Below the pieces are notes generated by a model. It did no database searches. It saw only the letters and a program-made list of their open reading frames with translations, and was not told where the DNA came from. A stretch of 64,000 nucleotides of DNA from Obrimoposthia wandeli (Eukaryota): the NCBI GenBank assembly GCA_977020255.1, contig CDROCS010001116.1, positions 1 to 64,000 of the forward strand. Direction: 5' to 3'. Every line of letters starts with the position of its first letter. Position 1 is the first letter of the stretch. The position numbers were made by a program, and so were the translations under genes. This document shows, in pieces, positions 1-11,399 of this stretch.

Positions 1-249
1 CTGATCCTTGATCTCTCATAATAGCCTTGGTAGTGGTGATTTGTACGATCAACGCGTTCTATGATCGTTCGATTCCTAAACTCAGGAACTTCAATGAAAC
101 AAGTCAAATTACTCATATAGTACGGTCTTTCCTCAATATGTTCATATATCGCTGGTACTCTGGTGCTGGTTCATCAGAAATGAAATTGGTCTTGGTATAA
201 TTGTGTAAGATTTTTTGTAAATTCATTTGACCTGTTCGTCTTGCGAGAT

Positions 250-715
250 CATGACGTTTCTTTTTTTGATCTCGGCTCTATCTTTGGGTAACAAAACAAA
301 ATGAGTAATATTAATATTATAAATCCAATGATCAGTGCGAGTATTGGTTATGAATTCTAAATACCGTAACGTACTGCTGGTATTCCTTTTACTCTTGATG
401 GTTAATATTTTAAATTTGTGCACTTTGGTTGGACATGTCACTGAGAAGCACTGGCTGGTTTGTCTAATGTAGTCTTCACATAACAACTAACTCCATAATG
501 TCCATTAAGTGTTATCATTTCGGTCGCTGGGACTATACACATTCGTCTGGACATCTTTTACACACATGATCATCGGCTCTACTGTGGGATGTCTTGATTA
601 TTTCTAGGGTGTTGTCGATTTCTCGTATAAATTATATTCGGATAGTGTCATCAATTCGGCTTTACTGGTTGGCATGGCTTGCAGTACCAATCCAATTACT
701 ACTCCATAGATCGAA
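250..715 (-). pseudogene. Second frameshifted type-I membrane protein (Cys-containing ectodomain)
   Basis: Signal-like ISIYGVVIGLVLQAMPTSKA|E (~655-715) and TM ILALIIGFIILILLILFCY (~287-345) in frames not shown in the ORF track. Confidence 0.45.
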
Positions 716-1159
716 ATCCTTGTGCAACGGTGCCTGCAGGGCCTTGACCGACTTGAGGTTTAATTATCAATCGTTTGAAGATATCTGTTTCTGGTGGATC
801 GTTTTGTTGTCTGTCGTTGTTTTTGTCTCTCGATTCCTCCTCGTCCGATAATCAACTGTACTGGTTTACCTTGTATCGTCAACTTTCCAGATCCATTTTT
901 GCGGACAAGCATGTTTTATGTCCTTCCATTGTTTCAATTATCACTCTTTTACTTCCATACTCACGTGTTTTGATGACATCGCCATCGAATATATACGTTG
1001 GTCCTTTTGTATCAGCATCTTTTTGTATTTCCTTTACAACTCGTTTTCTTCGCTTGCATCCAGCGAATGTTGTTGATATTAGATCAAGTGCGCTGTCGGT
1101 CAACTTCGTAATCTATTCGAAATTGATTCAGTATTCTGTTTTGTGGGTAAAATATCGCT

Positions 1160-1500
1160 TCATTTACTATGTTGTCCTCGATCCTTTCGTCTAGATACAG
1201 AAGCACTTTGTTTGTTTGGTCCATTTAGTCTTTTCATCTTTACAAACTGAAATCTTTTACTGTCGGTTCTCATAGATCGAAGACATTTTCGGATGATCCA
1301 TACATCAATTAGTCCTAACAATACTAATAACATCATCAGTGCCGGTGTATGGTACTTTATGGTGTAATTGTGGATTTCGTTGACCCAGGAACTATTTCCG
1401 TGGTTGGAGCCTATCTCCTGTGCTCCCGTTATCGGCATTAGACAACTTAACAAGCCTATTGCTAACAATCTTTGGTATTGAAAGCTTGGCACTGTTGTTG
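1160..1500 (-). CDS. Small type-I membrane protein segment
   Basis: Signal-like LLAIGLLSCLMPITGA|QE, sequons NSS and NYT, TM ALMMLLVLLGLIDVWII, basic tail. Confidence 0.55.
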
Positions 1501-1544
1501 TAGCTTCATTTGTTTCTCGTTGTTGTTTCCTCTTTTCGGTGTAT

Positions 1545-2005
1545 TTCTCTATTTCTCGAACGAGTAACGGTTTGAATTCCGTATTCGGTCGACTTCTTTG
1601 TTTGATGTAGACCATCGCTTCTTCTGGCGTGTGACCATGGTACTTACCAACAAGGATACACCTATGGCGCTAACATTGTACCTTTTTCTGATATATCAGG
1701 AACGCCGTTTCCTTCTGTGACTTCAGCTTGATGGTTTGAGTCAATTTCGTCAGATGTTGTTGCGCACGTTTATCTCTCGATTGAAGCATGTATGTGTGTA
1801 TCGAGTGGTGTCATCTTCAGTATTTTGACACAGACTAATTATCTCGTTTCCGACTTCAACAATGTTGATTACTCGGTTGATACTGTGGAACTTAATCCAG
1901 CAGTGTCTATATCTCCTGGATGACATAAAATACTTTTGGCATATTTGTGTAATTTTGTCGACTCCGGCTAAGAATAACCTCGGTCAACGATAATGCTTGG
2001 AGGAA
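1545..2005 (-). pseudogene. Second, catalytically degenerate DSP-like domain
   Basis: PSIIVDR.LFLAG...INRVINI...YHGHTPEEAMVYIKQRSRPN echoes the DUSP pattern. No HCxxGxxR motif is visible. Confidence 0.55.
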
Positions 2006-2059
2006 ATTCTTTTCCTTTGGATCCCTCAGGAATGTCGTCCATCCGTCTTTGTTCTTGCA

Positions 2060-2475
2060 ACAGAAGTTGGTAATTTGCCAACTGTCCCAAAAAATTAAGA
2101 TTTGGGTTTGCAATACTTTTTCTCCTGTAGGTATGTTTTAGCGCTTCTAGTACCTGTATCTGTCTATTCTTATTAGATATGCTAATATCAGAGTTGCTGA
2201 TCGAGAAATTCCTTTCTGGCAATGTACCAACACTTTTCCTTGGTTTCGGAGTTCTCTGTGAAGTATTTCGTTTGTTTCACGAACCATTCGAGAAGATTAG
2301 CATCCATTGAGTCTTTTACTCTTAATGTCATAGCTCTGATCGTCTGATATTGCGATTTGTGATTCATTGTAACGTTGATCACATATGTTATCCCTTGTTC
2401 CGTAACAGTTTCTTTTCATCTGTTGCATCCTCCACATTTCCGAGGTACAACTTACCTGGAATGATCTCACTCTTC
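2060..2475 (-). CDS. MKP-like dual-specificity phosphatase, catalytic motif intact, split by two frameshifts
   Basis: SEIIPGKLYLGNVEDA / QGITYVINVT / VKDSMDANLLEWF / GKVLVHCQKGISRSATLILAYL (2198-2224) / IANPNLNFLGQL. Confidence 0.92.
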
Positions 2476-2959
2476 ATTTGTGGCATTAATTCTGACTCTT
2501 CAAGTTTTAGTCTTTCTAATCTCTTCTCTATCTGTTCGTCGATGTTAGTTGTTTTGTTGTTTCTTTCCTCTCAGCATTCGTATTGCTGGAGGGGATATTC
2601 ATCTTTGTCTCTGATGTCTGTTCCTTTGTTGAGTCTTCTTCCGACTCGGTCTCCTCTGTGATTTATTCGTCTTTCTTGTATATTCTGTTTCACGAATTCT
2701 ATGTTTTGTCTTTTTCTGCTCTCTTTAGCGAATTCAACCTCCATGGTTCTTCCGAATCGCTCTATTATGTTATCTTCGGATTCTGTTGATTCTGTATCGT
2801 TACTTTCCGGTTCGCTGTCTTCATCAGACTCGCTCGGAAGGGTATTCTGGTATGTCTGTCTGAACTGAAATTAATGAAGGTGTTAGAATAATTGGATTGA
2901 TTTCCCTTCGTATTTGTGAATCGGATACGGTATTACACTATCTTCCTTTTAAGTATCTT

Positions 2960-3925
2960 CAACTTGGAACTGTGCTCCATAGCACATGACAATTGTTTCC
3001 AATTTACCCATGATGGACAATCCATCAAAAATAGGTAACATTCAGCTTAGATATCGGTGTCTTCGCATAATTAATTAAGTTTACTCGTATCTCGGTTGAT
3101 GACGGCCATCGATTTTTTAGTAAAATTATAATTTCGTCGTTTATCGATGTAATTACACTTGGCGCGGATGATACTATTTCAGCATGATATTTTGGCTGGA
3201 TTGAGTTGGTCACTTGTTCTCGGATCATATTGATTCTTTGTGGCTTTTTATTTTTAGCTTCCCACTTCCGGTATCCGCTGTCAATGCGTAACTCTGCCGT
3301 TGCTTTGATGATTTTATTGTTAGTCACTTCCGGATGGGTTGGCGAATGGAATCCTTCTATTACGCTCAACCTTACAGATACTTCCGTTTGATCTGTCTCT
3401 AACCGGTGAGATTCTGGTATACAACATACAATTGTCTTTCCATCAAAGTATTTTGTGTCCATCTGACAAATTATCTTTTCAGTGTCAGCGTCGATTAAAT
3501 GGACTCTCATGATATCTCTTTTCCCATGTGAATTACGTAATACCATTATTACATCGTGGTATTCTTGTTTGAGTTTTTTGGGGTACCATGCAGTATGTGA
3601 CCACCGGCCGGTTCTTTTTCTTCCTGACTGGCTAGTCCTGCTTCAGTACTGTCATAGTTCTGCCATGCAACTATGTTTGGTGTCAATGTGATTTCGATTA
3701 TCACTTTCTCAGTCGTAAACACATTGGAATTTTGATAAAGTGCTGCGACTAGTGTATTTCCGTCGTAGTATGACACTCTAAGTTCGCACAGAAATTCGTT
3801 TGTCAGTGCATCTTTCACAATGACTTCTTTAGCCACATCTGTGGGTTGTGTTTTTTCGAAAACGACTATTATCTCTTCGTCTTCTTCTAATATCTCTTGT
3901 GGTGCGATGTGTCGGATTACTTCCT
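2960..3925 (-). CDS. Three tandem IPT/TIG-like (Rel-dimerisation-type) repeats following integrase
   Basis: IRHIAPQEILEEDEEIIVVFEKTQPTDV...YYDGNTLV; HILHGTP...MRVHL...YFDGKTIVCCIP; EIVSSAPSVITSINDEIIILL...YF(D)GLSI. The shared Y[YF]DG motif shows internal triplication. Confidence 0.55.
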
Positions 3926-3929
3926 TTTC

Positions 3930-5200
3930 CTCCTGGTACTTCATTCTGAGCATACCAATTCTCGCTGGTTTTTTCTCGCTACCACTAGTCATCATGTTTA
4001 TGTAGTTCCGATCACTTACCATTCGTGTAAGTTTAATGGTATTGGTATTTGGCTTCGATTTCTGTGATCTTAACTCATATCGTGACGCATTGTCTTTATT
4101 TGGTACCAATTTGCATCGATTTGCATGTACAATCATCGGTTCCTTGTTCCGATTCTCTTCGTTGATTACTTTCAAATTTGTTGAGGTTGTCTGGATCACC
4201 TTGTATGGTCCTTTGTATGGTCTATGAAGTTTAAACGATAGACCTGGTTCGATGACTGGATAAAATATCATCACTTGATCTCCGACTCTAAATTCATGTG
4301 GTTTTGCTTTTTTGTCGTATTGTTCCTTGTAACCTTCTTGATTGAATTTCAACTTCAATCCGGCTTTGGTCCAAGCATCTTGTAACCTTTCCTTCATGAC
4401 GACAATGTATTGTTCAGTTTCTAGGTACTGAGATGTTGGCTCGGTCCACTCCAGATCCATTGGCATATTGTTCTGTCTGAGATACATCAGATAGAATGGT
4501 GTGTGACCTGTCGCCTCTCGAACTGAATTCCTGTAAGCATATAAACATGAAGGTAAATATTTATCCCAATCCTCTTGCTTATCTGAGCAATAGGATTGTA
4601 CCATCATACATAAAGTTTTATTAAACCTTTCCACCAGACCATCTGTCTGTGGGTGGTATGGTGAAGTTTGTAACTTCATGATTCCGAATATCTTCGATAC
4701 TGCTTTTATGACTTCTCCAGTGAAGTTCTTACCTTGATCCGTTAACAACTTTCTAGGTACTCCGTATCGAAATATTATCTCTTCCACTAAGATTTGCGCT
4801 ATTGTTTCAGCTTTCTGGTTCTGCATGGGGTATGCTTCTACCCATCTCGTCATGTAGTCCGTAAATACTATGACATACTTGTTTCCTTTACTTGATTCTC
4901 TCAATGGTCCCAAGCTATCCATCGCTGTGAATTCCATTGGTGCCAAGGGAACTGGCATTGGTTTCAACGGAACTTTAGTACGAGTTCCGGTGTCTTTTCT
5001 GGTTAAACATACTTTACATTGTTTACACCATTGTTTTATGTCGTCTTCCATACCATCCCAATGGTACTTCTCTTTGATTCTGGCTATTGTCTTTCGCCCT
5101 GACAGATGTCCTCCTAGTGTTCCGTCGTGATACTGATCATCACTGCTGTTTTCAATGACTTCGGAATTACTACTACTATCTTTCCGACATTATTGACAAT
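3930..5200 (-). CDS. pol: Integrase (HHCC, DDE core, GPY/F module)
   Basis: CKQC, AMDSLGPL, LTDQGKNF, YHPQTDGLVERFN, YKGPYKV. Confidence 0.96.
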
Positions 5201-5217
5201 ATACAAGATTCCTTCTT

Positions 5218-7044
5218 TTATCGAGTATTTTTCGCCATCTCATCGTTTAGATCTCCTTTCACCAACAAGTCTTTGATTAGACTCAGCTCTTCATCTTCTT
5301 TCTGTTCTTTGATGATCTCTTTGTCTATTTTACCCGTCTTTAGCAAAATCGTCAGTAGATTTGCTTCTCCTTTTTGGTCATTGGTTTCATCTTCTTCTGG
5401 AATTATGTTTCCTTTCTCGTCTACATTTGTCAATCTCGATAAACAATCTGCGTTGCCATTCGACTTTCCGGTTCTATAACGGATTTCTAGATCGAATTCG
5501 GCCAATTTTAGAAACCATCTGTTTAATCTACTCATCTCATCTCTATGTTTATATAAGAACTGTAGTGGTTTGTGATCTGTATACAGGAATACTTTTTGTC
5601 CTAGCAAATAGTGTCTGTATTGTCTACATGAATACACTATGGCTAGACATTCCTTTTCGATAACAGAGTATCCTCTTTCAGCTCTGTTTAATCCTCTACT
5701 CGCATACGCGATGACGTGTTCTCTTCCTTCGTCATCCTCTTGTCCCAATACTGCTCCTACAGCATAGTTACTTGCATCTGTCATAAGTATGAATTGTCGG
5801 TTTATATCTGGAAACGCTAATATTGGTGCTTTTATCAGTCTTTCTTTTAAATGCTCGAACGCTTGTTGGGCTTCTTTTCCCCATATGAACTTTTCATCTT
5901 TCCTTGTCAACTTTCTCAATGGTGTTGCTATATCTGAAAAATGTTCAACAAATCGTCTATAATAATTCGCAAGACCTAAAAAACTCTGTATTTTCTTAAC
6001 AGTCTTTGGCGCTAAATGCGCTTTGACTTTCTCGATCTTCGCTGGATCAGGTCGAATGCTTTCTTTCGATACTATATGTCCTAAAAATGTTACTCCTCTT
6101 TAGCCCATTCGCATTTTGTAGGTTTAACTTTTAATTTAGCGTTTTCCAGTCTTTTAAATACAACTTCAAGATTTTTTAAATGTTCTTCGAACGTTTTAGA
6201 AAATATTATTATGTCATCGATATAAACCATCGTGTTTGCACACGATGCGAGTACAAAATTCATGCAACGCTGAAATGTTGCTGGAGCTCCTGTCAGTCCG
6301 AATGGCATCTTTTCGCATTCGTACAATCCATCTCCGCAGGAAAAGGATGTTTTGTGTTTATCCTCTTCCTCTATCTCGATTTGCCAGTATCCACTCTGCA
6401 AATCTAATGTCGTAAAATAATCTGAATTACCCAATTTATCGAGCATCTCTTCGATTCTAGGTAATGGATACACATCTTTTCTTGTGATCTTGTTCAGTTC
6501 TCTGAAATCTATACAGAATCTCATTTTCCCATCCTTCTTTTTTTTGCACCAACACCACTGGTGCTGAGAATGGCGAAAAACTTGGTCTAATTACTCCTGT
6601 TTTAGACATATCTTCGATCTGACTTTTTACTTCATCTTGTAATTGTAATGGTACTCGATATGGTCTTCTTCTGACTACTTTGTCTTCTGTCAGTGGTATT
6701 GTATGTTTTATGACAGGTGTTTCTCCTATGTCATATGGATTTTTTGCAATTACTTTCGGAAATTTATGTATTAGATCAAGTAATTGTTTCTTTTCTCTAG
6801 TTGTCAGTCTTTCTGATTGAATTACTATTTCTTCGTAATCATTCGTATCTTTATCGAGTTTCATAGCACACGGTGGGATTCTCCATCTGTGTATCTTTCC
6901 CAACCTCATTCCTCTGTATAATAGAATGTCATTGTTGGTTGTATTCATCAGTCTAACTGGTATTTTATGGTTTTCGATCAGGCATACTGTACTCACAACT
7001 GGTAATTCGTATTTCTCTATGAAATCTCGTGATGGTTCGAACAC
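5218..7044 (-). CDS. pol: Reverse transcriptase and RNase H (frameshifted)
   Basis: RFCIDFRELN, YPLPRIEE, LDLQSGYWQ, MPFGL, YIDD; RNase H TDASNYAVGAVL, EKECLA, TDHKPL. Confidence 0.97.
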
Positions 7045-7099
7045 AACTGGTCCTTTATCTTCTGATAATGTGTGACCTTGAATAAGAAATTGCGATCTT

Positions 7100-7560
7100 T
7101 TACCGATTTTTAGGATTCTCTATGATTACATCAATTTGGTTTATTTGTCTGTTTGATGTGCTATCCTTCAATCTTGGATCTTGTAAATCAATACTTATCC
7201 CTTGCTGTTGTGATAGTACATCCATTCCTAAAATTGTAGGTTCAGGACATTCTTTCATGATTCTAACTGGTATAGTGATCGTATTACGTCCAATTATAAA
7301 TGTACATGGTAATATTCTCGTCACTTTTACAGGGTCTCCATTGACCGATACCAAGAATTCATCTGGTTCTGCCATTGTTCGTTTCTGTTCCTCTGTCAAA
7401 CAGTCTTCACTTACTATCGAAGCTACAGCACCTGTATCAATTAAAGCTTTTACTCTTAAATTATTTACTCTAATGATAGCTGCTGGTCGCTGTGCTCCAT
7501 TTATGTTTCCCATGTGGTATATTGTATTTATCGAATTATTACACTCTGTCAGTCCACCTT
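7100..7560 (-). CDS. pol: Aspartic protease domain 2
   Basis: KALIDTGAVASIV...ILGMDVL. Confidence 0.92.
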
Positions 7561-7985
7561 CCTATGTTTGGATAGTGAAATCTAATGCTCACTTGTCGAT
7601 CTATTATTCTTCGACAAATTGGACATGATACCATTTCATTCGCACATCTCCGACATGTTCTTACATGTCCGCATGGTAGAAAGGCAACTTCTATTTTGTT
7701 GACCATGCAAACTGCGCATTCCGGATCTTCTAGTACGTATTCTAATTCATTTATGTACTCTTTCTCTTGTTTCAATTGTACTGTCATCTTTATCTCGCAG
7801 TATTCAAAAATCGATCCGTATCCGTTTCGCGTAGTTTTTATTTTTAATTCTACCAATTCTCTGATTCTTTCTGCTTCTTTTGGATATAACCTTCTTACGA
7901 ATGACACTACCGGTGTGTCTTGTTGAGCTAAAATCTCTTTCCGTGTGATTTGGTATTCGATTATACATTCGGTTTTCTGTTCTTT
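7539..7985 (-). CDS. IAP UBA-like linker plus C3HC4 RING
   Basis: DTPVV...RIRELVELKIKTTRNGYGSIFE resembles the cIAP UBA. CAVCMVNKIEVAFLPCGHVRTCRRCANEMVSCPICR is an IAP-type RING. Confidence 0.9.
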   Translation of the reverse strand, partial: KEQKTECIIEYQITRKEILAQQDTPVVSFVRRLYPKEAERIRELVELKIKTTRNGYGSIFEYCEIKMTVQLKQEKEYINELEYVLEDPECAVCMVNKIEVAFLPCGHVRTCRRCANEMVSCPICRRIIDRQVSIRFHYPNIGRWTDRV

Positions 7986-7989
7986 TTGC

Positions 7990-8200
7990 TTTATTTTGTT
8001 TTTAAAAATACAAAATTCTGCAAAATTCATGATGTAAAATTTTCTTAGGTAGCTCAAGAGTATATCTGTCGATAATTCGTTCTTTTACACTTGTGGCATT
8101 TAATTACGTCTTTACCATCCTTATAGCAAAAAGTCCCTTTTTTGCCAATTTTTAAGTCTTGGATCTTCGAAAGTTACTTCTCGATATTGTTCGTCACATT
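7990..8200 (-). pseudogene. Degenerate or frameshifted BIR domain 2
   Basis: Across frames: REVTF...KLAKKG.FCYKDGKDVIKCHKC...HHEFC. The His-Cys spacing is not canonical. Confidence 0.55.
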
Positions 8201-8329
8201 CGTTCACTTCTCGCATAACTTCGTATATATCTTCAATTCGACTATTCATTATTACTCTTCCTGTTTTTAGAGCTGCTTCTCTTTTTAGGATCCGTCACTG
8301 TAATCGAAATCGGTGCTTTTCCCGGTTGG

Positions 8330-8586
8330 ATTTCTGGTACGTTTGACGTTTTCAGTTTCAAAAGAAATGGACAATTTGGTGCATCTCTTTTATGACGTCT
8401 CATTGGGTTTTCATTCTGTTCCCATTCTCTAAACTTTACTCTACACCATACGCATCGTACTACTATCTCCTGACCATAACTGCTTGTCGCATTTAGCATT
8501 TCTAAACCTGATCTTGCCATTTTACGTGCCATTCCTTTTGAATAGTACTGTTCTAATATATTTCGTCTCTTTCTCTCGAATCTCAT
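8330..8586 (-). CDS. BIR domain 1 of an element-borne IAP
   Basis: Exact CX2CX16HX6C signature (CVWC...H...NCPF, 8371-8454), preceded by MARSG. Confidence 0.92.
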
Positions 8587-8799
8587 GGGATCCTTTTCTG
8601 ACAGATTTACATATGTTATTTTTCTCCTCGTCGTATCTTGTGGTCCGAAATTTACATTTTTGTAGTGAAGTATCGACTTTGCTAGCGCTTCACTGTTTTT
8701 TGTCTGGGTACGAACTTCCCATACAGAACATATTGTATTTTTCCTTTTCGACTACAGGTCATCTCAACATTTTTATCTCTCTCACTGAACTGTCATTCT

Positions 8800-9130
8800 T
8801 ATAATTTTTGTTGTTTGGTAGTATAATTATTCCTTCAAACATTCGTATTACGTCCATCCCAATCATGACTGGACTACCGCAATCTGTGAATATTCTAGCA
8901 TTTAACTGTAATGCTCTTCCATCGATATTCAATGAACATTTCAGTGTTCCTTCCGACACTACATCTGTACCATTCACGTTAACAAATGTCTGTTTTCTAG
9001 GACATACTTCTCTTAATTCTTTTGATGACAAGATTTCTTTACTCAGTACTGATACTGCAGATCCGGTATCAACTTCGGCAAGATATTCTCTTCCGTTCAA
9101 TGTTACTGCTACTTGTGGTGGAGCATTTGG
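8800..9130 (-). CDS. Aspartic protease domain 1 (retropepsin)
   Basis: LAEVDTGSAVSVL...VMIGMDVI. Confidence 0.88.
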
Positions 9131-9236
9131 ATTCTCATTTGATATCCTAGACTTCAGAATTCTTCTGGAATTATCTTTTTGTCTTTTTCCTCTGCTTGTG
9201 GAATTTCAGTGTAGCTCACTTTAGGCCATCTTATCA

Positions 9237-11340
9237 TTAAGATGCCTCTCTTGAACTTTTCCTTCTCTCCTCCTTTCGTTCCTTCATTGCATATCGCCTT
9301 AACGCCACTTCCTCTTTGTCTGGTAACGGAATCTTTGGTTTTCCTGGTATCTTTGCATATACTCCTGGACTATCATTATCGTCGTCGTTATCGTCTCGAT
9401 AGTTTCTTGGTTCTCTCATCATGGTTCTCGTTTGGTGTTGTTCCTTCTTGAGGGCTCGCAACTCGTTCTCGTGATGATGATGGTGCATTAGATATTTTGC
9501 TAAAAATGGAAAACATCCAATTATAAGTTGCCAGGTGATTCCGGTTATCCTGTATAAACTATACGTAGACAACACCTGGGCTATAATTACCTGCACAAAT
9601 TTAATTATAACATAAATACCTATGATACCCGAAAATAATTGTCCTAAAACAAGGAATTTCCCCCACATCTTTCTAAGTGTCTGATGTGCTGCTTCCTTGA
9701 AATGACTTGGCGATAATAACATATCGAAATTCGCATATCTCGCTCCTGGCGGTAATGCTCGATGTACCATCTCCGTAAGTACTCTGGCTCTTCTTACTGG
9801 AAACATTATTTCGTTCCACGCCGCTTTTAAATCTTTTTCATTGTACAATCCTGCGTTCTCCATATTTTCCACCGCTTGGAATTTCATTTTACCTTTAAGA
9901 TTAGTCATTCTTATCATCGCTGGGGTTTTCGTTGGCTTTCGATCAGGTAACGTTATCCATAGATTATTCGTCATCTGATATTCAGGTGCCATTATATTAG
10001 AGCAGCTGATTTCTTTAGTTGGAGTGTCTTTTGGAAGCAACATTCTCGTGATTGGTTCAACAAAAAGATCTTTTAAATTATACGTTACTGCCAATTCGCT
10101 CGTACATCGATCTGTTTTTCTCAACTGTACCTCTACTTTATTACACTTGTAAGTATACTATACTTCTCCCATGGTTTTAGCAAATACTCCTTCATCCAAG
10201 GGTAATAATGGTGCTACCATGTCTGGATTCGTAATAGCTAATGCTAACTTTGTTCTTACGATCTCTTTGTTTAGCTGGCAATCTCTTTCTATCATCATCC
10301 GATATAACTGTTCCATTTGCATCAATCCTTTATGATAATAGAAATCAATTTTATTATTAAAATACGTGTGTAGCTGCATATCTTTTGGTTTTAGCTTGGT
10401 TTCTGCCAATGCTATTGCTTCTTTAGACAAAACTATTCCTGGATAGTTTGTAGTACTAACAGTCATTCCGCATCGCGCTTTGTTTCTCTTTTTAATAAAT
10501 ATCAATCCTTCTTCTATTGATGTTGCCATTAACAGTGTAGGTGTCTTTGTCATTGGAATTGGTCTTGTTTCATTGAGCAATCCTTTTCCTACTTTATTAT
10601 ACAGGAATCCTTTCTCCATCTTTATTATACAGGAATCCTTTTATTTTATTAAAGCTAATCTCTTTCAAAAATACTAAAGAGCATTGCTTCGGATTTATGT
10701 TATACATAATTTTGGCTTCCCCTGTAAAACAGGATGCATCTGTCATTTTACATTCTGGATACTTCATCATTAGTTGTGTCTTTTTATCAAAATTGGCGGT
10801 CCATGTTTTTAATTCGATCTTGTAAGTTACATCCATTACTAACTCAGATACTTTGGTTCCACGCACGTTTTTGTTTCTCCGTCACAAGATCCATCGGCCC
10901 ATCGTTGTCCGACTCTCGTGACTGTTTCGTATCGTCTCACTCCAATTTTACTTCAGGTTTGTAATTTTGTCTACCTCTATTGTTCCCGTTCGAAATGCAT
11001 CTTCGCAATCTCTCGGCAAACCTTATGTGCCTTGTACGGTGTGGTAGGTGTGATTTCTGACATAAAAACTTCTATGACCACAATAGAATTCGTGATAACT
11101 TGAATGGATTGAACATTCTTTCACTTCTACTTGTACTTTATCAACATCCTGATACACAAAGTAGTTTTCAACACCTTGAACTTCTAGTTTTGACGGTTGT
11201 GATTCTGGACAGTCTTCGCTGTCAAGCAGTGAATACTTTTGTCCCATCTTTGGTATGCTACAGTCATATGCTATCAATCCTGATGCCTGTTGCATTCCCA
11301 TAAACATTACTAACATCATCATCATCATTGTTGTGGACAT
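9237..11340 (-). CDS. env: Envelope: chuvirus (Jingchuvirales)-type glycoprotein, ~700 aa, in 4-5 frameshifted pieces
   Basis: Signal peptide then LIAYDC, FYCG, TNYPGI, TYFNNK, DCQL, GEV..YKC, AGLY..D, IMFP and a C-terminal TM region. The order and spacing match chuviral G motifs as I recall them. Confidence 0.85.
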
Positions 11341-11399
11341 ATTTGGTTGATTGTTTCTCTCTTTCGGACGGTATTGTTTATTTTCCTTTGACGATTCTC

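Noticed and set aside
820-880. KH-like LIIGRGG motif on the minus strand
   Set aside because: The flanking KH pattern is not evident; a single short motif is insufficient.
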